Of a stretch of 61,613 nt of DNA, positions 7,806 through 17,309 are shown one piece after another (the stretch's first letter is position 1; each line of letters begins with the position of its first letter). This DNA is from a virus (taxonomy: Duplodnaviria; Caudoviricetes), in the IMG/VR virus record IMGVR_UViG_3300032305_001973, positions 1 through 61,613 of that record; one strand, 5' to 3'. Below the pieces are notes generated by a model that did not search any database, was not told the DNA's origin, and saw only the letters and a list, made by a program, of their open reading frames with translations. The position numbers and the translations under genes were made by a program.

Positions 7806-8669
7806 TCAAGCGGCAGCCGGAGCATCCCAGGTGCGCGGCAGATCGGGGTCGTCGTCGGTCAGGGCAGCACCGGCAGCGTTCCACTTCTTCACCGAGGGCG
7901 CAGAAACACCAGCGGTAGCCAGCTTGCGCAGAATCTCGATAGGTAGTTGGCCGATAACGTAGGTATCGCCGTTGCTTAGCTCATTGGCCATGGCGTTCAT
8001 TCCAAACGGAGTGAGGCCGGCCTCCTGGCAGCGTTTTACGGCTGTAGCCAATATGGCGGCAGGAGCACCGCTATCAGCCTGCTGCTGAGGCTGGGCAGCC
8101 TGTTGAGGATGAGCAGGTGCCTGACTGGCAGGTGATGCCGGCCTTATGGGTGGCGCTGGTCTGGCAGCTGTTCGGCGAGCTGGCGATTGAGTTGCTGGAG
8201 ATTGCCGCCGTGGCGCTACCTCATGGCTGGTGGCGTCTGCGTCGTTGTCCCCGCTGGTTGGAATACAAAACGCCTGCATGGCAGCGTATTTGTAGGCGGC
8301 CGACATTGCCTTGTTGGTGGCTTTGTCGGCGCTATCCATAGCCTCGCCGAACGTCTTAACAACGTGGTGCGAGCCATCTTCGGCTGCTACAAAGTCAAAT
8401 TCAACTTCTACGACAACATTAAAGAGTGCGCCGCCAGACTTGGTTTCCCGCTCTGTTTCAAGGCGGTTTAAAACGCGGGGCAAAACAACAAGCCCAGCCT
8501 CTGACAAGATTGGCGCCAGAGCATTGTAAACATCGTCAATGCCGCGAAAGTTGTAGCCCTGTTGGCTGTTTCGCTTGTCTTTAGCAATTCCTTTGCTGGC
8601 AATGGCCCCAGCAACGGCGGCGATGGCGCGGTAGACGGCGGGCGGTGCGTGCCCCGAGGCTTCGGTCAT
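7806..8669 (-). CDS. erf: ERF-family ssDNA annealing recombinase
   Basis: QGYNFRGIDDVYNAL...GEAMDSADKATNKAMSAAYKYA...FCIPT...DNDAD. Confidence 0.9.
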   Translation of the reverse strand: MTEASGHAPPAVYRAIAAVAGAIASKGIAKDKRNSQQGYNFRGIDDVYNALAPILSEAGLVVLPRVLNRLETERETKSGGALFNVVVEVEFDFVAAEDGSHHVVKTFGEAMDSADKATNKAMSAAYKYAAMQAFCIPTSGDNDADATSHEVAPRRQSPATQSPARRTAARPAPPIRPASPASQAPAHPQQAAQPQQQADSGAPAAILATAVKRCQEAGLTPFGMNAMANELSNGDTYVIGQLPIEILRKLATAGVSAPSVKKWNAAGAALTDDDPDLPRTWDAPAAA

Positions 8670-8726
8670 GGGGAGGTCGGTGGTGGTGTTGCCAGGGGTT
8701 GGCCGTGGAGCTTCCGTGGCCCCGGC

Positions 8727-8769
8727 TTTGCAATTCTACCCCATCCCTAAGCCGTTTGGGAACCGCAAC
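8727..8769 (-). promoter_or_regulatory. Putative early promoter/operator of the erf-ssb-rusA operon
   Basis: Minus strand GTTGCGG-TTCCCA-AACGGCTTAGGGATGGGG-TAGAAT; close copy at 36668-36710. Confidence 0.6.
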
Positions 8770-8968
8770 AGCTAGGATTGCCACGGCAGCCGCTTCGTCT
8801 ACCCCTATTGCGTTATGCACTTGCTGCATATTCGTTAGGCTTTCGCAACATACTTCCGAGAGCAAAGGACTAGCTCTGCATCTACGCTGCACTTGAGCAG
8901 CAGGATGATGCAAATGCTTGCGCGGGGGGGGGGGGCTGGAGTCTACTTCCATCACGCCATTTCGCATC

Positions 8969-9187
8969 ATGTCAACCCCCCCGATCCGCATCCATGCAGC
9001 AAATCAGGAACAGGCTGATGCCGTTTGGCGTGCCCTCTGCGAGCAGACAGCCATCACCGAGGCTGAGGTGTGGCTAAATGGCGCTTACCTGTTCCATGTG
9101 GTCAGGCACGGCGGCGGGATGCAGACAACTCTGCGTGAAGCTCGGCCGGTCCATAGTCCCCTTCCGGTAGCCCTCGAAGCTGCCTGA
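8969..9187 (+). CDS. Small hypothetical protein
   Basis: MSTPPIRIHAANQEQADAVW..., similar to 61355..61609. Confidence 0.5.
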   Translation: MSTPPIRIHAANQEQADAVWRALCEQTAITEAEVWLNGAYLFHVVRHGGGMQTTLREARPVHSPLPVALEAA

Positions 9188-9950
9188 CCGTCTCAGCCAA
9201 CAAAAACAGCTCCTTCTCCAGCTCAGCTTTGGTGTAGTCGGCTGTGCCAAGGATCACGTTGCGCAGGTGCTCGCGGCGATCAGGCGACGCGGAGGAGGGG
9301 TAGGCAGACAGCACGGCATCGAGTGCCTCGCGCATCGACCGTCCTTCGCCTATGCGCTCCTGGGCAAGCCGGTCAAACAGATCGGCCAGGGCCTGGCTAA
9401 GGCTCCGGGCCTCGCTGGGGCTGAGATTTACCTCCCCGAGGTACGGCAGCGTCAAGTAACCCGCCTGCAGGTCGCAGAAGTCGGCGTAACAAAGGGCCTC
9501 GTCCTGATGGTCTGGATGATGAAGCCAGATTGCGTTGTTCAACCACTGGTCCTCGATCCGGTAGGCGCTGTGGGGGCCGTAGCGCCTCATGCAGACCTCG
9601 GGGCCTCGTTGTTGCCACAACCAGATCGCCTCGTTAGCCCCACCCAGGGCGTCAAGGTTCCGGTGGCTCGGCTTGACGACGCTTCCGTTGCGCAAGTGGC
9701 TGAGCTGCGGGCTACTGAGCCAGCCCTTCTCGCTCAGGGCCCAGTCGGCAATCGAGCCCAGTTGCTCATGCGACAGGCCGGTACGGGCCAGCCAAAAATT
9801 CAGCACGGCCGAAAGGTGCTGCCGGCCCATCAGGTGACGGCGAGATGAGAGCTGGCGGCCTGGGGGGAGTGAGTCGGGCACGGTCGGGGATGGTGGTGGG
9901 GGCAGGTCGGGCCAGTCGAGCGCCTGGCGAAGGTCCGTAGTGACTTTCAT
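9102..9950 (-). CDS. Repressor-like XRE/HTH protein (start may be MGRQHL)
   Basis: LSHEQLGSIADWAL...LSSPQLSHLRNG resembles an XRE HTH; transcribed divergently from the replication operon. Confidence 0.55.
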   Translation of the reverse strand: MKVTTDLRQALDWPDLPPPPSPTVPDSLPPGRQLSSRRHLMGRQHLSAVLNFWLARTGLSHEQLGSIADWALSEKGWLSSPQLSHLRNGSVVKPSHRNLDALGGANEAIWLWQQRGPEVCMRRYGPHSAYRIEDQWLNNAIWLHHPDHQDEALCYADFCDLQAGYLTLPYLGEVNLSPSEARSLSQALADLFDRLAQERIGEGRSMREALDAVLSAYPSSASPDRREHLRNVILGTADYTKAELEKELFLLAETVRQLRGLPEGDYGPAELHAELSASRRRA

Positions 9951-10177
9951 AAGAGAACCGTAAGCCCTTAACGGCTTACAGGTTGTGGCCTTCTACACGC
10001 CCGTTACAACACCATGCGGCAAGGGGGTGCGTGGCAGTTGCAAAACTGGAGCGTCACGTTGCGGTTGGCGTAAGATGGGGGGCAGTGATGGTCAGGGCTT
10101 GTCCTGCCAGGCACAAAAAAGCCTCCCGTGCGGCCAGCTCGGGAGGCTTTTGGAATTAACCTACGGAAAGACTCTAC

Positions 10178-11200
10178 ATGTCAGCTGAGTACATCGGCCA
10201 ACGGCCGCCGCATACTTCCCTGCCGAATTGGCTGCGAGGTAGAGCCACACCTCTGGAGCTTGCGACCCTATGGGCACTCCAGAGCCACTACCCCAACATC
10301 CACCCTTCGCTCAGCCTGCTGGCCAAGGAGGCATGTATCTCCCGGCGATCGGTCTGCACGGTTCTCACGGGCATGGAGCGTAAGGGCTGGCTGGTTCGTG
10401 ATCAGGCCTTTGACGGCTCCGGCCGCAAGACCTCAAACCGCTATCGGCTGACGATCTGGGATCTTCGCTGGTTCTCGATTGATGATGCAGGAGATGCACT
10501 AGCGCAGGAGATGCACCATCGGATTAGCGCAGGAGCTGCACCATCCCTAGTGCAGGAGGTGCGCATACCTAGTGCAGGAGGTGCGCATAAAGAAGATCAA
10601 TCTAAGAAGAACAATCTAAGTAAAACCTTAGAACCCCCCTTGCCCCCCAGTGGGGGGAACGCACGCGAGGGGCAGGGCGAGCTGCTCACGGTCGAAGCCA
10701 TGCCCGTTGATGCTGCGCTTTCCAAAAGCCCAGAACCGGCTAAGGTTCCAGAACCACCACCGCAGACCATGGCCCTGACCAGGCCAGCGCGGAAGCCACG
10801 CTTCCAGCCATCACACGACCTGATCCCTGCCGAGCTATTGCCCGTCCATCCCGAGATCCTGGGTTTCTGGGCCGTAAAAGCCGGAGCCCGCACCCAGCAA
10901 GCCTGGGATGACCTGATCAAACAGCTCGGCCTGATCCAGCAGGATTCACAGGGCGGAACCGAGACGGTCCGCACCCAGCTTCAGACCGGCATTGACCGGG
11001 CCCCGATCAAGCCGTGGCTGTCGGTCAGCTACGGCAACTGGCGGAAGTTCGGGATGCAGCAGGGCACCACCTGCAACCGCCGCCCAACCCCTGAGGAAAA
11101 CGCAGCCGCTGCCGTTGCGTTTATCCAAGCCCGCGATGCCCGCAAGGCTGCCGCTGCTGCCGCCTCTCAGCAAACCCTGCTCGCTGAGGTGGTTGCGTGA
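10178..11200 (+). CDS. Replication initiator with N-terminal winged HTH (HTH_36-like)
   Basis: HPSLSLLAKEACISRRSVCTVLTGMERKGWL...SNRYRL; carries internal iterons. Confidence 0.8.
   Translation: MSAEYIGQRPPHTSLPNWLRGRATPLELATLWALQSHYPNIHPSLSLLAKEACISRRSVCTVLTGMERKGWLVRDQAFDGSGRKTSNRYRLTIWDLRWFSIDDAGDALAQEMHHRISAGAAPSLVQEVRIPSAGGAHKEDQSKKNNLSKTLEPPLPPSGGNAREGQGELLTVEAMPVDAALSKSPEPAKVPEPPPQTMALTRPARKPRFQPSHDLIPAELLPVHPEILGFWAVKAGARTQQAWDDLIKQLGLIQQDSQGGTETVRTQLQTGIDRAPIKPWLSVSYGNWRKFGMQQGTTCNRRPTPEENAAAAVAFIQARDARKAAAAAASQQTLLAEVVA
10486..10630 (+). repeat. Putative replication origin: five iterons plus an A-rich tract inside the initiator gene
   Basis: Five copies of (TAG)YGCAGGAGNTGCRC, then CAATCTAAG twice in an A-rich segment. 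Confidence 0.75.
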
Positions 11201-11952
11201 TCAGCCTCCAGCAGTTCCAGGTAGCCATCACCTCGCTGATGCAGATCCTGCCGATGGCCAAGCCGCTATCAGCAGCGGCCCTAGTGATGGCCTGGGACAC
11301 CTTTCCCGAGCGGGCAAAGATCGATCTCACTGATGAAATCCTGCTGTACGCGGTTCAGCAGCGTGTGCTTGACACTGAGCCTCAGAGGGACATTGCGCCT
11401 CACATAGCGCTCCTTCGCTACGTTTATCCGGTTAAGCGAACAACAAAAGAACAGCGTGGATTGGAGACTTTTACCGATCAGCCCTTGTTGGACAGGGGGC
11501 TGCGACCTGATTTAGCTCAACGCATGGCCCGCCGTGATTGTTTCCACGACACTGCACCGGTCCGGGATGAAGTGAGGCTGGATACGACCCCGCGCCTTCC
11601 CGAGGGAGCCGGCGGCAACGGCCCACCGTGGCTGCAGCAAACGGACGAGCAGCGGCGGGCCCACCTGCGGGAGGTGATGAAGGCTGTGAAGGATCTGAGA
11701 GCCGCTGGCGTTGACACGGGCACCTGGACGCCTCTGCAGCTGAACATTGGCCGCTCTTTTTTCAAGCAGGTGCTAATGGGCGCCCCGTTCCTGACGGAAA
11801 CCAAAATCGAAACCGTTGCCGCCTGGGTTTTACGGAATGGCCAGACTGTGGACCGGATGCTGCAAGAAGCCTTAGAGGGCGAGGCTACGAAGCCTTCCGC
11901 CGAGGGGCTGATGGCTGACTTGGTGGGGCCTGCTGCCAGGGGGCTCCGGTGA
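11197..11952 (+). CDS. Hypothetical protein, possibly a helicase loader
   Basis: GTGA overlap with the initiator; the function is inferred from position only. Confidence 0.6.
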   Translation: MISLQQFQVAITSLMQILPMAKPLSAAALVMAWDTFPERAKIDLTDEILLYAVQQRVLDTEPQRDIAPHIALLRYVYPVKRTTKEQRGLETFTDQPLLDRGLRPDLAQRMARRDCFHDTAPVRDEVRLDTTPRLPEGAGGNGPPWLQQTDEQRRAHLREVMKAVKDLRAAGVDTGTWTPLQLNIGRSFFKQVLMGAPFLTETKIETVAAWVLRNGQTVDRMLQEALEGEATKPSAEGLMADLVGPAARGLR

Positions 11953-12590
11953 TGTTCACCCCCACCTGCCGCCCCACCCCGATCCCCGGCATCTACGAAC
12001 ACCAGAGCGGCGCCATGATCCGCCGCACCGTTGCCGAGGTGGTGGCCGCCCTCTACCCCGAGCAGCCAATCTGCCAGCCCAACGGCACCGTCCGCCGCGC
12101 CTTTGCCCGCATGGCCCGCCAGAGGGCCTCAGGAGAGCCTGTGGTGGCTTCTGACTGGGGGAACGACCCGATCAGCCGGACAACCGCGCACCTGGCCTCC
12201 TGGGGCCTATGGGACGAAGCGCAGATCATCGCGGCGCCGTTGCACCTAGCTGACCACCGCCTCCGGGTGGCCACCACCGCAGACCTACTGCTTCGTTTCC
12301 CTGATGGCGCCCTGGGCATCGCCCTGTTGGTCACCGAGGCCCAGCCCCCAGCCATCCCCGAGCCCTGGCTTGCTGCCCTTGGCGGGGCTCTAGTGATGTG
12401 CTCCGATCAACTCCGCACCGTGATCGATCGGCCCTTCCTGATCTGGGCCAGTCCCCTTGGCGTCACCACCACCGAGCACGACCCGGATGAATGCTCTGTG
12501 CCCTGGGTCACAGGACTGGAAACGGTCGCGTGGCTCGATGCGTTACGAAACCGCAGCACTGGCTTTGCAAAAGCGGAAGCAATGGCTTAG
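11949..12590 (+). CDS. Degenerate PD-(D/E)xK exonuclease-like protein
   Basis: LHLADHRLRVATTADLLLRFPDGALGI resembles phage exonuclease motif II, but no D/ExK motif III is visible. Confidence 0.45.
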   Translation: MMFTPTCRPTPIPGIYEHQSGAMIRRTVAEVVAALYPEQPICQPNGTVRRAFARMARQRASGEPVVASDWGNDPISRTTAHLASWGLWDEAQIIAAPLHLADHRLRVATTADLLLRFPDGALGIALLVTEAQPPAIPEPWLAALGGALVMCSDQLRTVIDRPFLIWASPLGVTTTEHDPDECSVPWVTGLETVAWLDALRNRSTGFAKAEAMA

Positions 12591-12638
12591 AGTTGCGGAA
12601 CGGCAACAGCCGCACCACCACCAACGACCCGCAACACC

Positions 12639-12827
12639 ATGGACCTTGCTAGGCACCTCTCGCTAGAGCCTCACGACGATGGCCCCGAACTGACCCCAGC
12701 CGAGCGCAGCAGCCGCGCACAACTGCGGGCTGAGTACGACGCTTGGCGTCAGGTCAACCCGTTTGCAGATGTTCTGGACTTCGCGCTTCACGTTGTCCGC
12801 ACCCAGCAGCAGGGGGTGGCGGCGTGA
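12639..12827 (+). CDS. Hypothetical protein
   Basis: 62-aa ORF with a CACCACC leader. Confidence 0.6.
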   Translation: MDLARHLSLEPHDDGPELTPAERSSRAQLRAEYDAWRQVNPFADVLDFALHVVRTQQQGVAA

Positions 12828-13150
12828 GCCACGTTGAATTCCCGGCGCTGACGCCGGAGGCCGAGAGGGCACTGCGCGAGGCGGATTGCCATCTTGATTT
12901 AAGCAAGCCTGGCTGGCACCGCTGTTACCTCGCCGCCTTTCTGCGTGAGGCGATGAAGGGGGCCTGGGATAATGACAAGAGTTGGGACGAAAGTTGGGAC
13001 GAACTGGAAGCCATCGCCGACAACCTCCACAGCCCCTCGCCGCCCCCGCCAACCCTGGCTCAGGCGCGGGCGGCTGATCTGGACACGCCAGAGGGCAAGG
13101 CTGTGGTTCGTGATTTCCTGGCAATGCTGGGGGAGGATACGCAGCCATGA
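12824..13150 (+). CDS. Hypothetical protein
   Basis: GTG start overlapping the previous stop; ATGA overlap with the next gene. Confidence 0.6.
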   Translation: MSHVEFPALTPEAERALREADCHLDLSKPGWHRCYLAAFLREAMKGAWDNDKSWDESWDELEAIADNLHSPSPPPPTLAQARAADLDTPEGKAVVRDFLAMLGEDTQP

Positions 13151-13689
13151 GCGCCGGCAACCGCCTCCCATTCTCTGAAGCCTGGGCCATCGCCGAGGAT
13201 ATTGTGGCCCAACTGGCGCCACACTGCAGCCAGATAGATATAGCCGGATCACTCAGGCGATATCGACCCACTATCGGCGACATTGAGATTGTCTGCCTTC
13301 CGCTGCCCTACGAATCCGCCCCGCTATTCCGCTCAGGGTTTGCCTTGGTGGTAGAGCAATTTGAGAAGATCAAAGGTGAGCTGCCTTGCCGCTATACCCA
13401 GCGCATCCTCCCGTCTGGGATGAAGCTCGATCTATTTATGCCGGACCCCAACGGCTACGGCCTTCAGCTCGCCATTCGCACCGGCTCAGCCGAGTGGTCT
13501 CATGAGCGGTTGGCTACCGCATGGGTTCGGGCTGGCTTTAAGTCAGAGAGCGGCTTACTGCGTCGCGTACTCAACACGGAAGGCATACAATCCCTTGGTT
13601 CTGTTGTGCCCTGTCGCACAGAGCGAGAGCTATTTGATCGGATCGGGCTGACGTGGGTCGAGCCTGAAGATCGCGAGGTGCAGCCATGA
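13147..13689 (+). CDS. Minimal DNA polymerase X-family nucleotidyltransferase (palm + thumb)
   Basis: IAGSLRR...IGDIEIV, KLDLF, LAIRTGSAEW, TERELFDRIGLTWVEPEDRE. Confidence 0.85.
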   Translation: MSAGNRLPFSEAWAIAEDIVAQLAPHCSQIDIAGSLRRYRPTIGDIEIVCLPLPYESAPLFRSGFALVVEQFEKIKGELPCRYTQRILPSGMKLDLFMPDPNGYGLQLAIRTGSAEWSHERLATAWVRAGFKSESGLLRRVLNTEGIQSLGSVVPCRTERELFDRIGLTWVEPEDREVQP

Positions 13690-13946
13690 CCCTACCTCTT
13701 TGGGTTGTCTGGAACCCCGATGGCGGGGACGAGAGGCCCGACGACGGAAGCAGGTTTCGGGCAAGCGACGCTCAAGATGCAGCCCAGCAGTGGGGGCATC
13801 GCCTTGAAAGCCACGGCTGCGAATACACCCTTGAAGAAACACCCGAAACCGTAGTGGTCTGCCGTGTCGATGACATTGGCAGTCAGCGCAAGTTTCGTGT
13901 ACGCGCTCAAACTTCACGCGATTACTTTGCCGACGAACTGCTATGA
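13686..13946 (+). CDS. Hypothetical protein
   Basis: ATGA-coupled 86-aa ORF. Confidence 0.6.
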   Translation: MTLPLWVVWNPDGGDERPDDGSRFRASDAQDAAQQWGHRLESHGCEYTLEETPETVVVCRVDDIGSQRKFRVRAQTSRDYFADELL

Positions 13947-14281
13947 ACCACCTAGCCCTGGCCCGCCTGCTGGCCCCGTGGCGCACCATCCGGCGGCTGG
14001 AGGAGGAGAATCGGCGGCTATCTCAAGAGCTTGGCGACAGCGCCGTAGAGGTGCGGCAGGAGGCCGAATACTTGCGGGGCGATCTGGCGACAGTCAGGGA
14101 GGCCGTCAGGCGCCTGGTGCGTTGGAACCTTCAGGGCCACGACAGCCAGGTGGTGGAAGGCGTCTACATCTGGGCCACCCTGGACGGCATGGCCGGTCCG
14201 CTGCCGCCGCTGCCGGAACGGTTGGCAAAGCGCGAGCAGCTGATTACACGGCTGCAGGGTGACCCGGAGGCTCGTTGCTGA
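13943..14281 (+). CDS. Hypothetical coiled-coil protein
   Basis: ATGA-coupled 112-aa ORF. Confidence 0.6.
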   Translation: MNHLALARLLAPWRTIRRLEEENRRLSQELGDSAVEVRQEAEYLRGDLATVREAVRRLVRWNLQGHDSQVVEGVYIWATLDGMAGPLPPLPERLAKREQLITRLQGDPEARC

Positions 14282-14496
14282 TGGCCGCCGCTCGCGCGCT
14301 GCTCACCGTTGCGGAAGCTGCCGAGGCCCTCGGGGTTTCCGATCGGCACATCAAACGCCTTGTTGCCGAAGCCGACGCCAACCGCAAAAGCCGCTGGCGC
14401 TGGGGCCGGGAGCTGATCGACTTGGCGCCCGTGGGCAGCAGCAGGCGATGCGTTCGGATCAATGTTGCGGCGGTGGCGCCGGGAGCGGTGGCGTGA
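14281..14496 (+). CDS. xis: Excisionase-like HTH protein
   Basis: LLTVAEAAEALGVSDRHIKRL; lies near and convergent with the integrase. Confidence 0.7.
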   Translation: MAAARALLTVAEAAEALGVSDRHIKRLVAEADANRKSRWRWGRELIDLAPVGSSRRCVRINVAAVAPGAVA

Positions 14497-14714
14497 AAGC
14501 ATCCGAAGCTCGTAAGTTGATCGGGAAAGCTGTCAGCTATAAAAATCGATTTAGTTCATTTCCGCCGCGGGTTGGCATTATTGAGGAACTGCGCGGGCGC
14601 AACGTGCGCATTGACAGCAACTGGCTATGGCTACCTGATTTTTGGATTGAGCCGATTCCGGTTCTTTCAGAAAACATCCTTGCCTTAGAACTTGACCTAG
14701 GCCCCACCCCCTAG
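14493..14714 (+). CDS. Hypothetical protein
   Basis: GTG start overlapping the xis stop. Confidence 0.5.
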   Translation: MKASEARKLIGKAVSYKNRFSSFPPRVGIIEELRGRNVRIDSNWLWLPDFWIEPIPVLSENILALELDLGPTP

Positions 14715-15704
14715 CGCCCTCTCCGCAGCCTCGGCTATCTGGAATGGCTGAATATGCGCCCGGTAAGTCTTTGAGTGTTGCAAAGGGCTATGCCCCATCA
14801 ACCTTGCGGCGGTGTAAATATCCAGCCGACTACCACCCTCTCGCCACAACCTCCCGCCATAGGCGTGACGCAGTGAATACGGACGCCACGGCAGCCCCTG
14901 CCGCCTCAGCTCTTTGTTCAACCATTTGCTCACCGCCTCGGGGCGATCGGCGCTTCCCTCCAGCCGAATCCGCAACCGACGATCCCGCAACCCGAACCGC
15001 TCCACCCACTCGCGGGGCAGGGGCACCACCGTGCGGAACCCGGTCTTCGTCCCGTCCGCCACCTGGCAGTAATCCTGCTCGATCAGCACCGCCCCCTCGA
15101 TCTCATGGGGCCGCAGGCCGTAGGTGGCCATCAAACCCCAGTACCAGCGCACCGGATCGGGCGCCCCCTCCACCCACGCGATGATCTCGGCATCGCTCGG
15201 CACCGCCACCAACTCCGCTTGGCTGTAGGTGGGCAGTGGCACCTCTGGGAACGGCACCGCCACCAACCGCGACAGGTGCCGCAGGAGGTAGAACAGTTCC
15301 TTGTAGGAGCACGTGTTGCGGTCGTAGCGCTCCAGGGCCTTGGCCATGCTGGCGGTCGTGCAGGCGCCCCCCTGTGGAACCTGCCGCAGGCGCCCGAGGT
15401 AGTTCACCTGCCAGGTTGATTCCCCCGTGCGCCCGAGAACCACCCGCGCCCGGTAGAGCTTGGCGATGGCCTCGCGCCAGGTGATCGCTCCCGAGGCCTG
15501 ATCCAGCCAGTACCCCCACTCAAACGTCCCCGTGCTGAGCTGTCGCTCCAGTGTCTGGAGCTGCTTCAAGGCGGTGCGGCGGTTGATCGGGGTGTCGTCC
15601 AGCCTCAGGGCGATGCGGGATTGCTGCAGCCCTGGGGCCCCGTCACGCCTAGGCAGCTTGGCCAGCAGGTAGAGCCGCCCACGCTGGGTGTTGATCGAGG
15701 CCAT
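14697..15704 (-). CDS. int: Tyrosine integrase
   Basis: YGLRPHE (R), TKTG (K), YSLRHAY (HxxR-like), LMGHS...Y; likely start MASINTQRG. Confidence 0.92.
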   Translation of the reverse strand: MASINTQRGRLYLLAKLPRRDGAPGLQQSRIALRLDDTPINRRTALKQLQTLERQLSTGTFEWGYWLDQASGAITWREAIAKLYRARVVLGRTGESTWQVNYLGRLRQVPQGGACTTASMAKALERYDRNTCSYKELFYLLRHLSRLVAVPFPEVPLPTYSQAELVAVPSDAEIIAWVEGAPDPVRWYWGLMATYGLRPHEIEGAVLIEQDYCQVADGTKTGFRTVVPLPREWVERFGLRDRRLRIRLEGSADRPEAVSKWLNKELRRQGLPWRPYSLRHAYGGRLWREGGSRLDIYTAARLMGHSPLQHSKTYRAHIQPFQIAEAAERALGGGA

Positions 15705-16009
15705 GGGGAATACGACGCGGCGAAAAAGCAGAGCTGCACCCGACGCACGGGCCGTGCATAACCTACGCTCTGCCAGTCCCTTCCTGTCCCTTCCTGTCAC
15801 CTAAGGCAGCACCGCTGCACCCGGCTAGATCGCCCTCTGTGCCTGCACTTTGCCCCAAGCGGCAGGCCAGAACTGCAAGATACAAATCCTCGTCAATCTC
15901 GCGGATGTCGTATTCCAAACCTAGTCACCGCAGGGGATCTCGGCGGTGGTGCATAAACTGCCCATCACCACCACGACCCGGAAACCTTCAGAACCACAGC
16001 GGTAGCCCG

Positions 16010-16228
16010 GTGCCTGATCCTCTCGTCCCGGTCCAGGAGGTGGTAGTCGTCAACGGGGAGCCGATCTGGCGCATCTGCGCTGGGGATCTATGCGTGGAGT
16101 CAAAGTCTGGCGCAGGGGCCTGGCGGAGCCTTCGGCGCCGCTGCCGGGATGCAGGGGTCACCTTGGCAACCACAGGCATCACAGGGCCCAGTGTGGGGCC
16201 TCCTCCGTTGCCGGATCCAGGTGTCTAG
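16010..16228 (+). CDS. Small hypothetical protein
   Basis: VPDPLVPVQEVVVVNGEPIWRICAGDLCVE..., preceded by a GGAAACCT motif. Confidence 0.45.
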   Translation: MPDPLVPVQEVVVVNGEPIWRICAGDLCVESKSGAGAWRSLRRRCRDAGVTLATTGITGPSVGPPPLPDPGV

Positions 16229-16965
16229 CTGAACAGCCAGGCCCAGCCCGATCCGGCCCCCTCAACCTGCCAGCGAGGATTGAAGTTTCTGTAGCTGTAT
16301 CGAAGCGCTCGGCCAGAGTTGCCGCCGCTCCGCAGCCAGCGCCCGGTGATTAGGTCCAGCTCCCCCTGTGGATCATTTACAGTCCAGCCAAACGGGTCAA
16401 ACCCGAAACACGCCAGCCAGTGGCCGCCGCCAGACGGGGCTCCAACCGGGCCCTTGTGATAGAAGCCCATGGCAAGCGGCAGACCAGCTTTGATCTCGGC
16501 CTGGGCTTGAGCAGCTGAGCATCTGGTCACAAACCTTCCCTGGACCCCCAGCTCCTTCAGTGCCGCCTGATGCGCCGCTTGGTCGGTCGTGTCACCGTGG
16601 CGCCGCACCACGGTCCGGTACTGGTCGTCTGAAGTGATCCCGCCGGCACCGAGGTAAGCCAGGCACATTGCGATCGAACTCGTCTGGCATTCCCTATATC
16701 CGGTCCCGCCTTGATTGTCGAGCTGCGAAAAATAGGGGAACCCTGTTAGCGGGTTGGTCGGTCTTGCCGCTGGCGGTTCCACAGGCTCAGCTTGTTTGCC
16801 GTCCTGCCTCCAGGTGGCAAACCAGGGCCGGTCGCGCCGCATGGCTACCGCGTGCCCATTGGCGGCAAGATCCGCCTCCAGCTCAACGACCGCCGCCGAC
16901 TGATGGGGCAGAGCCCGCCAGTACGTGAACAACTGGGGCAGGGCAATAGGGGAAGTGTTGGCCAT
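16225..16965 (-). CDS. Endolysin candidate, C39-like cysteine peptidase
   Basis: PYFSQLDN...RECQTSSIAM (Cys), GGHW (His), VNDP (Asp); next to holin-like genes. Confidence 0.8.
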   Translation of the reverse strand: MANTSPIALPQLFTYWRALPHQSAAVVELEADLAANGHAVAMRRDRPWFATWRQDGKQAEPVEPPAARPTNPLTGFPYFSQLDNQGGTGYRECQTSSIAMCLAYLGAGGITSDDQYRTVVRRHGDTTDQAAHQAALKELGVQGRFVTRCSAAQAQAEIKAGLPLAMGFYHKGPVGAPSGGGHWLACFGFDPFGWTVNDPQGELDLITGRWLRSGGNSGRALRYSYRNFNPRWQVEGAGSGWAWLFS

Positions 16966-17309
16966 GGTCACGTCAGGTTCTCCCCTAGGTTTCCCGGCAA
17001 GCTGAGGCACACGCGAAAGCCCGTGCCTACCGCTGTCTTCGCTTGGGACCAAGAGAGGGTCTTCCCCCTGGAAGGCAAGCGCGGGCTAGGCATCATGGGA
17101 CGTGCTTTTGATCTTTTACCGGGAGGCACTATGTTCTCAGCCTCCTGCATCTTGCGCGGAGTTGTTGGGGTGACCGTCAAGATGATCACCGGCACCAAGG
17201 CTGAGATCATCAACTTTGAGCCGGTCATCTTGGCTCGCTGTGACACGGACCCAAAAGACCTAGAGGAATGGCACGTTGAACTGCTAGAAGCCTTCCACAC
17301 CCAACCCGC

